In this document: piece after piece, positions 18,619 through 29,211 of the stretch
How positions within the stretch are numbered: position 1 is the first letter of the stretch
How the letters are laid out: every line of letters begins with the position of its first letter
NCBI GenBank assembly: GCA_020073285.1
Contig: JAIQFM010000001.1
Coordinates: 1 to 60,651 of the forward strand
Reading direction: 5' to 3'
Source: Terriglobia bacterium
Lineage (GTDB): Bacteria > Acidobacteriota > Terriglobia > Terriglobales > Acidobacteriaceae
DNA length: 60,651 nt
Made by a program: the position numbers and the translations under genes
Notes under the pieces: model-generated
Told to the model about the DNA's origin: nothing
The model's input: the letters and a program-made list of their open reading frames with translations, nothing else
Database searches by the model: none

Positions 18619-20018
18619 TGGAGCATAAACATCCAGTCGAGGCGATGGCAGGCGGGCAAGGGCAGCCACCGGTATTGCAGCCGGGGTACACGTTCGCCAC
18701 CATCACCGACAAGATCAGCGCCATCGTGCTGACCAGGCAGACGCCGCTAGGCTGGTTCGTGGGCGTGGGCATCGCGGGAATGCTTTCGGCGGTGCTGCTG
18801 TACGCGGTCAGTTTCCTGATGTACCAGGGCGTGGGTATCTGGGGCATCAACCACCCGATAGGGTGGGGCCTGGCGATCGTCAACTTCGTGTGGTGGATCG
18901 GAATCGGGCACGCGGGGACGCTGATCTCGGCGATTTTGCTGCTGCTGCGGCAGTCGTGGCGTAATTCGATCAACCGCTTCGCGGAGGCGATGACGATCTT
19001 TGCGGTCATGCAGGCGGGCCTGTTCCCGCTGCTGCACCTGGGGCGGCCGTGGCTATTCTACTGGCTGTTTCCCTATCCCAACACCATGACGGTGTGGCCG
19101 CAGTTCCGCAGCCCGCTGGTGTGGGACGTGTTCGCGGTCTCGACTTATTTCACGATTTCGCTGGTGTTTTGGTACATCGGGCTGGTGCCGGACATGGCCA
19201 CGCTGCGCGACCGGGCGCAGAACCGCGCGGCGCGCATGATCTACGCGGTGCTGGCGCTGGGATGGCGAGGCTCGGCGCGGCACTGGCACCGTTATGAGAC
19301 GGCGTACCTGCTGCTGGCCGGACTGGCGACGCCGCTGGTGCTGTCGGTGCACACGGTGGTGAGCTTCGACTTCACCATCGCCATCGTGCCGGGATGGCAC
19401 AGCACCATCTTCCCGCCGTACTTCGTGGCGGGCGCGATCTATTCCGGGTTCGCCATGGTGCTGATCCTGGCGATTCCCATCCGCCACATCTACAACCTGG
19501 AAGACATGATCACCGACCGGCACCTGGATAACTGCGCCAAGATCATGCTGGCGACCGGGCTGATCGTCGCCTACGGCTACATCATGGAAACCTTCATGGC
19601 GTGGTACGGCGGAAACCTCTACGACAAGCACCTGATCTGGAACCGCATGCACGGGCCGTACCGGGCGCTGTACTGGGCGCTGATTGCGATCAACGTCGGG
19701 TTCGTCAACGTGCTGTGGACGAAGAAGGTGAGGTTCACGCCCAAGCTGCTGTGGTTCGTCTCCCTCGTTGTCCTGGTGGCGATGTGGCTGGAGCGGTTCG
19801 TGATCGTGGTGGTCAGCCTGTCGCAGGACTTTCTGCCATCTTCGTGGGGGATTTACATTCCGACGCGTTGGGACTGGGCGACGTTCATCGGAACCATCGG
19901 GTTCTTTGCGCTGTGCTTCCTGCTGTTCATCCGCGTGATGCCGATGATTTCCATCGCCGAGATGAAAAGCCTGCTGCCCTCGTCGGAGGCGAAAGCGCCG
20001 CTGGAGTCGGAGTCATGA
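18618..20018 (+). CDS. actC: Alternative Complex III subunit ActC (NrfD/PsrC-like polytopic quinol-binding subunit)
   Basis: 466 aa, highly hydrophobic and NrfD-like. Its ATG overlaps the actB stop (TGATG). Confidence 0.88.
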   Translation: MEHKHPVEAMAGGQGQPPVLQPGYTFATITDKISAIVLTRQTPLGWFVGVGIAGMLSAVLLYAVSFLMYQGVGIWGINHPIGWGLAIVNFVWWIGIGHAGTLISAILLLLRQSWRNSINRFAEAMTIFAVMQAGLFPLLHLGRPWLFYWLFPYPNTMTVWPQFRSPLVWDVFAVSTYFTISLVFWYIGLVPDMATLRDRAQNRAARMIYAVLALGWRGSARHWHRYETAYLLLAGLATPLVLSVHTVVSFDFTIAIVPGWHSTIFPPYFVAGAIYSGFAMVLILAIPIRHIYNLEDMITDRHLDNCAKIMLATGLIVAYGYIMETFMAWYGGNLYDKHLIWNRMHGPYRALYWALIAINVGFVNVLWTKKVRFTPKLLWFVSLVVLVAMWLERFVIVVVSLSQDFLPSSWGIYIPTRWDWATFIGTIGFFALCFLLFIRVMPMISIAEMKSLLPSSEAKAPLESES

Positions 20019-20548
20019 GACCGCCGATCTATGGACTGGTAGCGGAATTCGACACGCCGGCGGAAATCGTGGCGGCGGCGCGGCGGGCCCACGAGGAGGG
20101 CTACCGCAAGATGGACGCCTACAGCCCGTTCCCGGTGGAGGGGCTGAGCGAGGCGATCGGATTTCACAAGGACAACGTGGCGCTGATCTGCCTGGTGGGC
20201 GGCGTGCTGGGCCTGGCGACGGCGTACGGGATGCAGTACTGGATCAACGTGATCGCGTATCCGACCAACGTCGGCGGGCGGCCGTTGCACTCCTGGCCGG
20301 CGTTCATCGTGGTGTGCTTCGAGATGACGGTGCTGTTCGGCGGACTGGCGGCGGCGTTCGGGATGCTGGCGATCAACGGGCTGCCCATGCCGTACCACCC
20401 GCTGTTCAACGTGCCCAGCTTCAGCTTCGCCTCGCGCGACAAGTTTTTCCTGTGCATCGAGGCGGTGGACCCGAAATTCGATCGCGAGACGACATACAAG
20501 TTTTTGTCGAGCCTGGGACCGCGCATGATCACGGAGGTGCCGCATTAG
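20015..20548 (+). CDS. actD: Alternative Complex III subunit ActD (DUF3341)
   Basis: Internal ATG of ORF 19601-20548 overlaps the actC stop (ATGA). MRPPIYGLVAEFDTPAEIVAAARRAHEEGYRKMDAYSPFPVEGL, followed by two TM helices. Confidence 0.85.
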   Translation: MRPPIYGLVAEFDTPAEIVAAARRAHEEGYRKMDAYSPFPVEGLSEAIGFHKDNVALICLVGGVLGLATAYGMQYWINVIAYPTNVGGRPLHSWPAFIVVCFEMTVLFGGLAAAFGMLAINGLPMPYHPLFNVPSFSFASRDKFFLCIEAVDPKFDRETTYKFLSSLGPRMITEVPH

Positions 20549-20576
20549 GGAGCGCATCACATCGCGGCTGCGGGCC

Positions 20577-20668
20577 GGCAATTGCCGAATTGCCGAATTG
20601 TCGGATTGCGGAATTGAGGATCGGAATGCGCAATTCCGCAATTCCGCGGTTCCGCAATTCCGCAATTT
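20577..20668. repeat. Octamer-unit (AATTGCSG / CAATTCCG) imperfect hairpin array at the actD-actE junction
   Basis: The left arm (20577-20616) and right arm (20628-20668) are about 84% complementary, with an 11-nt loop containing GAGGA and an ATG. Two perfect adjacent CAATTCCG units lie at 20631-20646. Confidence 0.85.
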
Positions 20669-21287
20669 TGCGCCGAGGCTCGTCGCATGGGTACTCGTTG
20701 CACTCGGGTGCGCGACGCTCTCCGCCTGTCGCAACGACATGCACGTGCAACCGAAGTACCTGCCGTTGCGGCAGAGCGATTTCTTCGCGGACGGGCGCGG
20801 GTCGCGAACGCCGCCGGAAGGAACTGTCGCGCGCGGGCAGTTGCGCGAAGACACTTACCTGCACACCGGGTTGATCGACGGCAAGCCGGGCGACACCATG
20901 CCGTTTCCGGCCACGCGGGAGGTGCTGGAGCGCGGTCGCGAACGTTTCGACATCTACTGCGCGCCGTGTCATTCACGGCTGGGCGACGGGAACGGGATGA
21001 TCGTGCAGCGCGGGTTCCGCAGGCCGCCGTCGTTTCAGGAGCCGCGGCTGCGGCAGGCGCCGCTGGGACATTTCTTTGACGTCATGAGCAACGGCTTCGG
21101 CGTCATGCCGGATTACGCGGCGCAGGTGAACCCGCGCGACCGCTGGGCGATCGCGGCGTACATACGGGTGCTCCAGTTCAGCCAGAACGCGCCGGCGAGC
21201 GCACTACCGGCGGGACAGCAGATGCCGTCGCCGTCGCCGCTGCAGGTGCCGAGCACCGCGCCGAGCGTGCCGGAGAGGAAGGAATGA
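20598..21287 (+). CDS. actE: Alternative Complex III subunit ActE (monoheme cytochrome c lipoprotein); start codon uncertain
   Basis: Lipoprotein signal LVAWVLVALGCATLSAC. Single heme motif CAPCH. The only canonical in-frame start upstream of the signal peptide is TTG 20598, inside the octamer repeat and without an SD. Confidence 0.8.
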   Translation: MSDCGIEDRNAQFRNSAVPQFRNFAPRLVAWVLVALGCATLSACRNDMHVQPKYLPLRQSDFFADGRGSRTPPEGTVARGQLREDTYLHTGLIDGKPGDTMPFPATREVLERGRERFDIYCAPCHSRLGDGNGMIVQRGFRRPPSFQEPRLRQAPLGHFFDVMSNGFGVMPDYAAQVNPRDRWAIAAYIRVLQFSQNAPASALPAGQQMPSPSPLQVPSTAPSVPERKE

Positions 21288-22492
21288 GCAGCGACGCGCG
21301 CCTCGAGGACCGGGACTTCACCGCGCCGCCGATCTTCGCGAGGCTGCAACAGCGCGCGCTGCGGGTGGGCGCGGTGCTGGCGCTGGCAGCGCTCGCCGGG
21401 CTGGTGGCGGCGCCACGGCAGGCGATGCACTCCTACCTGCTGGCGTTCATGCTCTGCCTGGGGCCGACGTTGGGCGCGATGGCGCTGCTGATGGTGTGTC
21501 ACCTGACAGGCGGGGACTGGGGCGTGGGAATCCGCCGCATCCTGGAAGCCGCCATGGGCACGCTGCCCATGCTGGCGGCGGCGTTCATCCCCATCGTGAT
21601 CGGCGCGTACCTGCACCTGAATTATCCGTGGGCGAATCCCGAGGAGTTGAAGCACAACGAGCACCTGGTGCATCAGGCGTCGCGGTACCTGAATCCGAGC
21701 CTGTTCCTGGCGCGCGGGGTCCTGTACTTCATCGCGTGGGGCGTCATGGCGTATTTCTTGCTGGCGTGGTCGGAGGCGCAGGACCGTCCGCCGGAACGCC
21801 CGCCGGACAAGCGTTTCCAGGCGTTGAGCGCGGTGGGCATCATTATTTACGGATGGACGCTGACGTTCGCGGTGATCGACTGGGTGATGTCGCTGACGCC
21901 GGAGTTCACCTCGACGATTTACGGGCTGATCTTCATGGTGGGACAGGGGCTGATTGCGCTGTGCCTGGCGACGATCGTCGCGCACCGGCTACGGTCGCAC
22001 GGGCCCATGTCGGAGGTGCTGACGACGCGCAGCTTCCACGACTACGGCAAGCTGATCCTCACCTTCGTGATGCTGTGGGCGTACTTCAGCTTTTCGCAGT
22101 GGCTGATCGTTTGGTCGGGAAACCTGCCGGAGGAGATCCACTGGTTCCAGGACCGCATTAAGGGCGACTGGGGCGTGATGGGGCTGGCGCTGATCGTGGG
22201 ACACTTCGCGATTCCGTTCGCGCTGCTGCTGTCGCGCGGGCTGAAACAGAATGCGCGCAAGCTGATGTGGATTGCGGTGTGGCTGATCCTGATGCGGTAC
22301 CTGGACCTGTACTGGAACATCGAGCCCAGTTTCGACCCCGCGGAACTGCACTATAGATGGCTGGACGCGGTGCTGCCGCTGGCGATGTCGGCGCTGTGGC
22401 TGGGATATTTCCTGCGCAACCTGAGACGGCGGCCGCTGGTCGCGTTGCACGATCCGCATCTGGCGGCGTTGTTGGCGAAACAACATGAGTGA
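21284..22492 (+). CDS. actF: Alternative Complex III subunit ActF (polytopic membrane subunit, ActC paralogue)
   Basis: 402 aa with about 10 hydrophobic helices. ATGA overlap with the actE stop. Confidence 0.8.
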   Translation: MSSDARLEDRDFTAPPIFARLQQRALRVGAVLALAALAGLVAAPRQAMHSYLLAFMLCLGPTLGAMALLMVCHLTGGDWGVGIRRILEAAMGTLPMLAAAFIPIVIGAYLHLNYPWANPEELKHNEHLVHQASRYLNPSLFLARGVLYFIAWGVMAYFLLAWSEAQDRPPERPPDKRFQALSAVGIIIYGWTLTFAVIDWVMSLTPEFTSTIYGLIFMVGQGLIALCLATIVAHRLRSHGPMSEVLTTRSFHDYGKLILTFVMLWAYFSFSQWLIVWSGNLPEEIHWFQDRIKGDWGVMGLALIVGHFAIPFALLLSRGLKQNARKLMWIAVWLILMRYLDLYWNIEPSFDPAELHYRWLDAVLPLAMSALWLGYFLRNLRRRPLVALHDPHLAALLAKQHE

Positions 22493-23033
22493 AGCGAAAG
22501 ACGAGTCGGGGCGTCCGCAAGCGGAAGGCGAGATTTCGTTGGAGACGGCGCGCCTTCCGGAGACGATGTACGACCGCAGCGACCTGGCGGCGCGCGGCAT
22601 CGTGTGGTTTCTGATCTTGCTGGCAGTCACCATTGTGGCGATTCACCTGATCTCATGGGGACTACTGCGGTACTTCGCCCGCAATCGGGGGACGCCGGCG
22701 CCACGGAATGCGGCGGTCGTGCCGCCGGCGTGGCCGGCAAGTTCCGCCGGCAACCCGGTGCTGCGGTTTCCGGCGCCGCAGTTGCAGCCCGATCCGGTGG
22801 CGGACTTGAACAAGTTCCGTGCGGCGCAGGAAGAGCAACTGGACAGCTACGGCTGGGTCGATCAGAAAAACGGCGTGGCGCATATCCCGGTTGAGCGGGC
22901 GATTGACATCGTGTCGCAACAAGGCCTGCCGGTGCGTGCGCAGCCGGTGCTGCCGCCACGGGCAAGCTTCGGCAGCGGTGACGGGACTCCGGCGGGAGCG
23001 GGCGGAGGAACGGAACCCAGGGGGAACCAGTGA
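22485..23033 (+). CDS. Hypothetical single-pass membrane protein in the ActG position
   Basis: 182 aa. Overlaps the actF 3' end by 8 nt. One TM helix (GIVWFLILLAVTIVAIHLISWGLL). No motif I recognise. Confidence 0.55.
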   Translation: MSEAKDESGRPQAEGEISLETARLPETMYDRSDLAARGIVWFLILLAVTIVAIHLISWGLLRYFARNRGTPAPRNAAVVPPAWPASSAGNPVLRFPAPQLQPDPVADLNKFRAAQEEQLDSYGWVDQKNGVAHIPVERAIDIVSQQGLPVRAQPVLPPRASFGSGDGTPAGAGGGTEPRGNQ

Positions 23034-23064
23034 AATTGAAGATTGAAGCTTGCAGATCGAAGGA

Positions 23065-23132
23065 CGTTTACGGTTTACGGTTATCGGTTTTCGGTTTCAA
23101 AACCGACGACCGATAACCGACAACCGACAACG
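23065..23132. repeat. Heptamer-unit hairpin: 4 x TTWWCGG facing 4 x ACCGAYR
   Basis: GGTTATCGGTTTTCGGTTT (23079-23097) pairs with AAACCGACGACCGATAACC (23100-23118), 17 of 19 positions. The flanking units extend the stem imperfectly. It lies between stop 23033 and the sco GTG at 23146. Confidence 0.8.
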
Positions 23133-23145
23133 AGTTGGAGCAAAC

Positions 23146-24012
23146 GTGGTTCTCGTGACTAGACAGAACGTGATCATCGCGAGCGTGATTCTGCTGAGTA
23201 CATTGGCGGCGGGGCAGGGGATGGGGCCGCCCGTGGTGACGCCGGCGCCGCCGCCGCCGCAAATCCTCAACAACATCGCTATCGAACAGAAGCTGAATGC
23301 GCCGGTGCCGCTCGATCTTGTGTTTAACGACGAAGACGGCAGGAGGGTCAAGCTGGGCGACTATTTCGGCGGAAGGCCGGTGGTGCTGGCGCTGGTCTAC
23401 TACGACTGCCCGATGCTGTGCACGGAAGTTCTGAACGGGATGGTGAGCGCGTTCTCCGTGCTGAAGTTCGACATCGGCAAAGAGTATGACGTGGTGACGG
23501 TCAGCTTCGACCCGAGGGAGAAGCCGGCGCTGGCAAGAGAAAAGAAGGTTACCTACCTGCGGCGCTACGGGCGCCCCGGCGCGGAGCAGGGCTGGCATTT
23601 CCTGACCGGGGAGGCAGCCTCGATTAATGCGCTGACCAAGGCGGTCGGCTTCCACTACCAGTGGGACGCGCGGACGCAGCAGTTCGCGCACGCGACCGCC
23701 ATCATGGTGCTGACGCCGCAGGGCAAAATCGCGCAGTACTACTACGGAGTCGAATATTCGCCGAAGGACCTGCGGCTGGGGATGGTGGAGGCTTCGCGGG
23801 GACATATCGGGACCATGGTGGACCAGGTGCTGCTGTACTGCTACCACTACGACCCGCGCACCGGGCGGTACGGCGCGATCGTCTCACGAGTGCTGCAGAT
23901 CGCCGGCGTGATCACCATGGTGGTGCTGGGTGGATTCCTGATCGCGATGTTCAAGCTGGAACCAAAACGCAACGTGAAGAGCGGCGGCAGCCGGCCGGCG
24001 GGGGGACGCTAG
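23146..24012 (+). CDS. SCO1/SenC family copper chaperone (thioredoxin fold)
   Basis: ORF 23050-24012 trimmed to GTG 23146, with GGAG 8 nt upstream. TM anchor. CxxxC motif (YYDCPMLCTEVL) and a conserved downstream His (FAHATAIMVL). Confidence 0.85.
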   Translation: MVLVTRQNVIIASVILLSTLAAGQGMGPPVVTPAPPPPQILNNIAIEQKLNAPVPLDLVFNDEDGRRVKLGDYFGGRPVVLALVYYDCPMLCTEVLNGMVSAFSVLKFDIGKEYDVVTVSFDPREKPALAREKKVTYLRRYGRPGAEQGWHFLTGEAASINALTKAVGFHYQWDARTQQFAHATAIMVLTPQGKIAQYYYGVEYSPKDLRLGMVEASRGHIGTMVDQVLLYCYHYDPRTGRYGAIVSRVLQIAGVITMVVLGGFLIAMFKLEPKRNVKSGGSRPAGGR

Positions 24013-24015
24013 GCT

Positions 24016-25017
24016 ATGTGGCAGACGCTACCACTGTGGCCGGCACGGGCCTCGACGCTGGCGGGTCGCACCGACGCGCTCATGATTTTCATGCTGGCGG
24101 TAACCGGCTTCTTCACGGTGATGATCTTCATCCTGATTCTCGTCTTTGCACTGAGATTCCGGCGGACGAGGAACCCAATTGTCACGCACATCGAAGGATC
24201 GAACGCGCTGGAGGCGGCCTGGACGCTGATCCCGTTCGGCATCTTCATGGTCATGTTCATCTGGAGCGCCGGCATTTACATGACCTGGGCGCAGCCGCCG
24301 CCGAACGCGGAGGAGGTCTTCGTGGTCGGCAAGCAGTGGATGTGGAAGTTCGAGCACCCGGAGGGACAGCGCGAGATCGACCAGCTTCACGTGCCGTTGG
24401 GACGCGCCGTCCGGCTGACCATGATTTCCCAGGATGTGATCCACAGCCTGTTTCTGCCCGAGTTCCGGGTGAAGCAGGACGTGCTGCCGGGACGCTACAC
24501 GACGACGTGGTTCCAGACCACCAAGCCGGGAAGCTATCACCTGTTCTGCACGCAGTACTGCGGCACCATGCACTCGGGGATGATCGGCGAGGTGGTGGTG
24601 ATGGAGCCAGCCGCGTACCAGGCGTGGTTGTCGGGCGGGAACGCGGAAGGATCCCTGGCGTCCACCGGGCAGAAGCTGTTCCAGCAACTGGGATGCACCA
24701 CCTGCCACCGCTTCGACACGCAAGGGCGCGGGCCGAACCTGCTGGGGCTGTACGGCAAGCCGGTGCTGCTGGATGACGGGCGCACAGTCACCGCCGACGA
24801 CAACTACATCCGCGAATCCATCCTTACCCCGGGAGCGAAGGTGGTGGCGGGTTTCAAGCCCATCATGCCGACATTCCAGGGGATCGTGAACGAGGAGCAA
24901 TTGCTGTCGCTGGCCGCCTACCTCAAGTCGTTGTCACAACCGGAGCGGCGCCAGCCGGGCAGTAACCGCCCGGCCGAGCCGCCGCATCCTGCATCGGCCC
25001 CTGCGAGGAGCCGCTGA
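24016..25017 (+). CDS. ctaC: Cytochrome c oxidase subunit II with fused C-terminal cytochrome c domain (caa3-type)
   Basis: Two N-terminal TM helices. CuA site (HSLFLPEF ... [12 protein letters not shown]). C-terminal heme c motif CTTCH. Confidence 0.9.
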   Translation: MWQTLPLWPARASTLAGRTDALMIFMLAVTGFFTVMIFILILVFALRFRRTRNPIVTHIEGSNALEAAWTLIPFGIFMVMFIWSAGIYMTWAQPPPNAEEVFVVGKQWMWKFEHPEGQREIDQLHVPLGRAVRLTMISQDVIHSLFLPEFRVKQDVLPGRYTTTWFQTTKPGSYHLFCTQYCGTMHSGMIGEVVVMEPAAYQAWLSGGNAEGSLASTGQKLFQQLGCTTCHRFDTQGRGPNLLGLYGKPVLLDDGRTVTADDNYIRESILTPGAKVVAGFKPIMPTFQGIVNEEQLLSLAAYLKSLSQPERRQPGSNRPAEPPHPASAPARSR

Positions 25018-25030
25018 GGCGATTCTATCT

Positions 25031-26648
<1,618 letters not shown>

Positions 26649-26659
<11 letters not shown>

Positions 26660-27311
26660 CTCGGCAGTCGCGACGCACGGCCTGCGGCACCACTTCGCCG
26701 ACATGGAACAGCAGCGCGCCAGCGCCACGCTGGGCATGTGGGTGTTCCTGGTCACCGAGATCATGTTCTTCGGCGGACTGTTCGCCGCCTACCTGGTGTA
26801 CCGCACCGCACACTACGACGCCTGGGTAATCGGCAGCGAGCACATGAACTTCTGGCTGGGGACGATCAACACCGTCATCCTGCTGTGCAGCAGCCTGCTG
26901 GTGGCGCTGGCGGTGCACGCGGTGCAGGTGGGGCAGAATCGGATGTGCGCCATCTACCTGTGGATCGCCTCGGCCATGGGCGTCGCGTTCCTGGCGCTGA
27001 AGGGAATCGAGTACCACGCTCACTTCGTGGAAGGAGCGGTACCGGGCGCGCTGTGGAAGCTGGCGGTGCCGGATCCGCGGGCGGTGCAGATGTTCTTTTA
27101 CATCTATTTCGTCATGACCGGGCTGCACGCGCTGCACGTGACGATCGGCGTGGCATTGCTGGCGGTGATCGGCTGGCACGCAGCCAGAGGACGATACTCG
27201 CCGGTCTATTACAGCCCGGTGCACGTCAGTGGGCTGTACTGGCATTTCGTGGACGTAGTGTGGATCTTCCTGTATCCGCTGCTGTACCTGATCGCGCACA
27301 AAAAGGCATAG
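26649..27311 (+). CDS. ctaE: Cytochrome c oxidase subunit III
   Basis: 220 aa. [32 protein letters not shown] is typical of the subunit III N-terminus, so the TTG at 26649 was kept rather than the internal ATG at 26703. Confidence 0.85.
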
Positions 27312-27317
27312 AAGCGC

Positions 27318-27620
27318 ATGGCTGAGCACGTGGTATCGCGCAAGACGTACATCGTGGTCTGGATCGCGCTGATGGCGCTGATGGTGCTGACCGCCGGGTT
27401 GTCGCGCATTGACCTGGGCGAGTGGAGCACCGTGGTGGCGATGGCGATCGCCGTCATCAAGGCGCTGCTGGTGATCCTGTTCTTCATGCACGTGCGCTAC
27501 GAGGACCAGAAGATCACCTGGGTGGTGGTCATTGCCGGCTTTTTCTGGCTGGGGATCCTGCTGGCGCTGAGCATGACCGACTACCTGAGCCGCGGATACC
27601 TGGGCGTGGCCGGCCATTGA
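27318..27620 (+). CDS. ctaF: Cytochrome c oxidase subunit IV family protein (caa3-type small subunit)
   Basis: 100 aa with three TM helices. YIVVWIALMALMVLT ... IKALLVILFFMHVRYE motif. Confidence 0.8.
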   Translation: MAEHVVSRKTYIVVWIALMALMVLTAGLSRIDLGEWSTVVAMAIAVIKALLVILFFMHVRYEDQKITWVVVIAGFFWLGILLALSMTDYLSRGYLGVAGH

Positions 27621-27676
27621 GCGCGCCCGCCAGGTACAATTTTCAGCTATCATGAGCCGATCCCCGAGGTGAATGC

Positions 27677-28327
27677 ATGGCTTTCTGTACGGCTTGCGGC
27701 GCGACCCTGGACAATGCCGCGCGGCTGTGCCCGAAATGCGGCGCCGGAGTCGCTGCGTCGGCGGTGTCGCCAGCCCCGGCTCAGGCGGCGCCCATGGTGC
27801 GGCAAAACGCCAGCCGGAATGCGCTGAGCATCGTACTCATTGTCCTGGCGGTGGTAGTCGCGCTCGGGGCAATGGCCACCGTCGGGACGGTATTTGCCCT
27901 CAAGAGAATGGCGCGCCGGGTGCGAGTCGAGGCAGGGCCGAATTCGGCGGTGGTCACGACTCCGTTCGGCACGATCACTGCCGACGAGCCCACGGCTGTC
28001 GCCCAGCAGCTCGGCGTCGAGGTGTATCCGGGAGCGCACGGCATCAAGGGCAGCGCAGCGGTCGGCTTCGGCGGGATGCAGGTGGCGGCAGCGAAATTTG
28101 AGAGCGACGCCACCCCGGAAAAGATTATCGAGTTCTATCGGCGGAAGTATCCGAAGGCGGCGTTCCGCGTGGTGGGCTCCGATAACAGCATGGTGTTCAG
28201 CACCGACCAGGGCATGGTCACCATCAAGGTGCACGCGCGCGGCGACGGCAGCTTGCTCGAAATTGCCCGCGTGGGCGGGGTAGGCGGAGGCGCCTCGACC
28301 CACGACGATGGCCCTAAGTCCAACTGA
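27677..28327 (+). CDS. Zinc-ribbon membrane protein, hypothetical
   Basis: N-terminal CxxC-N9-CxxC (FCTACGATLDNAARLCPKCG), one TM helix, then an extracytoplasmic domain of about 140 aa. Confidence 0.6.
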   Translation: MAFCTACGATLDNAARLCPKCGAGVAASAVSPAPAQAAPMVRQNASRNALSIVLIVLAVVVALGAMATVGTVFALKRMARRVRVEAGPNSAVVTTPFGTITADEPTAVAQQLGVEVYPGAHGIKGSAAVGFGGMQVAAAKFESDATPEKIIEFYRRKYPKAAFRVVGSDNSMVFSTDQGMVTIKVHARGDGSLLEIARVGGVGGGASTHDDGPKSN

Positions 28328-28488
28328 GAGGAGTTCGTGCCAGAGGTGGCGAAAGCTGCTGAAGTCGGGTGGTAGTTCAGTACCAATTTGGGCTCCGCAA
28401 GTTCAAGAAAATTGGCGTTGCGTGCTACCCATAACGGGCTAATGCATCGCATACTGTAGGAAATCACGGCAGCTCTCGGAGATCGCAG

Positions 28489-29211
28489 ATGAACGCCGCA
28501 GCATCTAGCGACATGCCCCAAGCGTCCGCCCAACAGATGCGGGAGCTGACGCTGCGCGGCTGCGAAATCGCGCGCCGGGCGGCGGCCGCGGCAGCCCTGG
28601 GCATCGCCACCGGCGCCGCTGAACCGCTCGAAGCCGTCCGCGGTTACGAGGAAGATCTGGACTCGCTGGATCGTCAAGTCAATGAAGGTGTCACCGCCGC
28701 CATTCCCGGCGTAGGCGAAGGCGAAGCCCGCGAACTGCTCTCCTGCCTGAAATTTATCCTGGAGTTGGAGCGCATCGGCGATCTGCTGTTGAACGTTGCC
28801 AACCGCGCGCGCGCCGTCGCCACGCGCATTGAGCCGCAGGACGCCTCCGACCTGAAGCACATGGCGGTGCTGCTGCAACAAATGCTCTCCGACGCGCTCA
28901 TCGCATTTCGCGATCGCGACCTGCAACGCGCTCTTGCCGTCCTGCGCGCCGACGCCGAGATGGACCGCCTGCGCAATCTCATGTTCGTGCGCCACATTGA
29001 TAATCCCGAACACCACGTGTGCCAGGAGAGTTTCCATCTCGTCTTCATGACCCAGACCCTGGAACGTGCCGGGGACCACGCCAAGAACCTGGCCGAGGAA
29101 GTCTGTCATCTCTTGACCGGCCGCAGTGTGCGCCACCTGCTGCGCGCCGCCGATAAGCCCTTCGAGGAAATGTTCGTGGACTACATGCGCCGCCAGAGCG
29201 CCAAACGCTGA
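28489..29211 (+). CDS. PhoU family phosphate-signalling regulator
   Basis: 240 aa. Two PhoU repeats with ERIGDLLLNVANRA and LERAGDHAKNLAEEV motifs. No pst genes are adjacent. Confidence 0.8.
   Translation: MNAAASSDMPQASAQQMRELTLRGCEIARRAAAAAALGIATGAAEPLEAVRGYEEDLDSLDRQVNEGVTAAIPGVGEGEARELLSCLKFILELERIGDLLLNVANRARAVATRIEPQDASDLKHMAVLLQQMLSDALIAFRDRDLQRALAVLRADAEMDRLRNLMFVRHIDNPEHHVCQESFHLVFMTQTLERAGDHAKNLAEEVCHLLTGRSVRHLLRAADKPFEEMFVDYMRRQSAKR

Noticed and set aside
20577-20668. CRISPR array idea for the short repeat clusters (also 30734-30772 and 23065-23132)
   Set aside because: The units are 7-8 nt and directly abutting, with no spacers. No cas genes are present. The arrays are 40-90 nt only.
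20626-20874. SD+ATG-initiated 83-codon ORF in the +1 frame over the actE 5' region
   Set aside because: As a stand-alone protein it is implausible (Arg/Cys/Ser-rich, overlaps actE). It is kept only as evidence for the frame-switch hypothesis in the findings.
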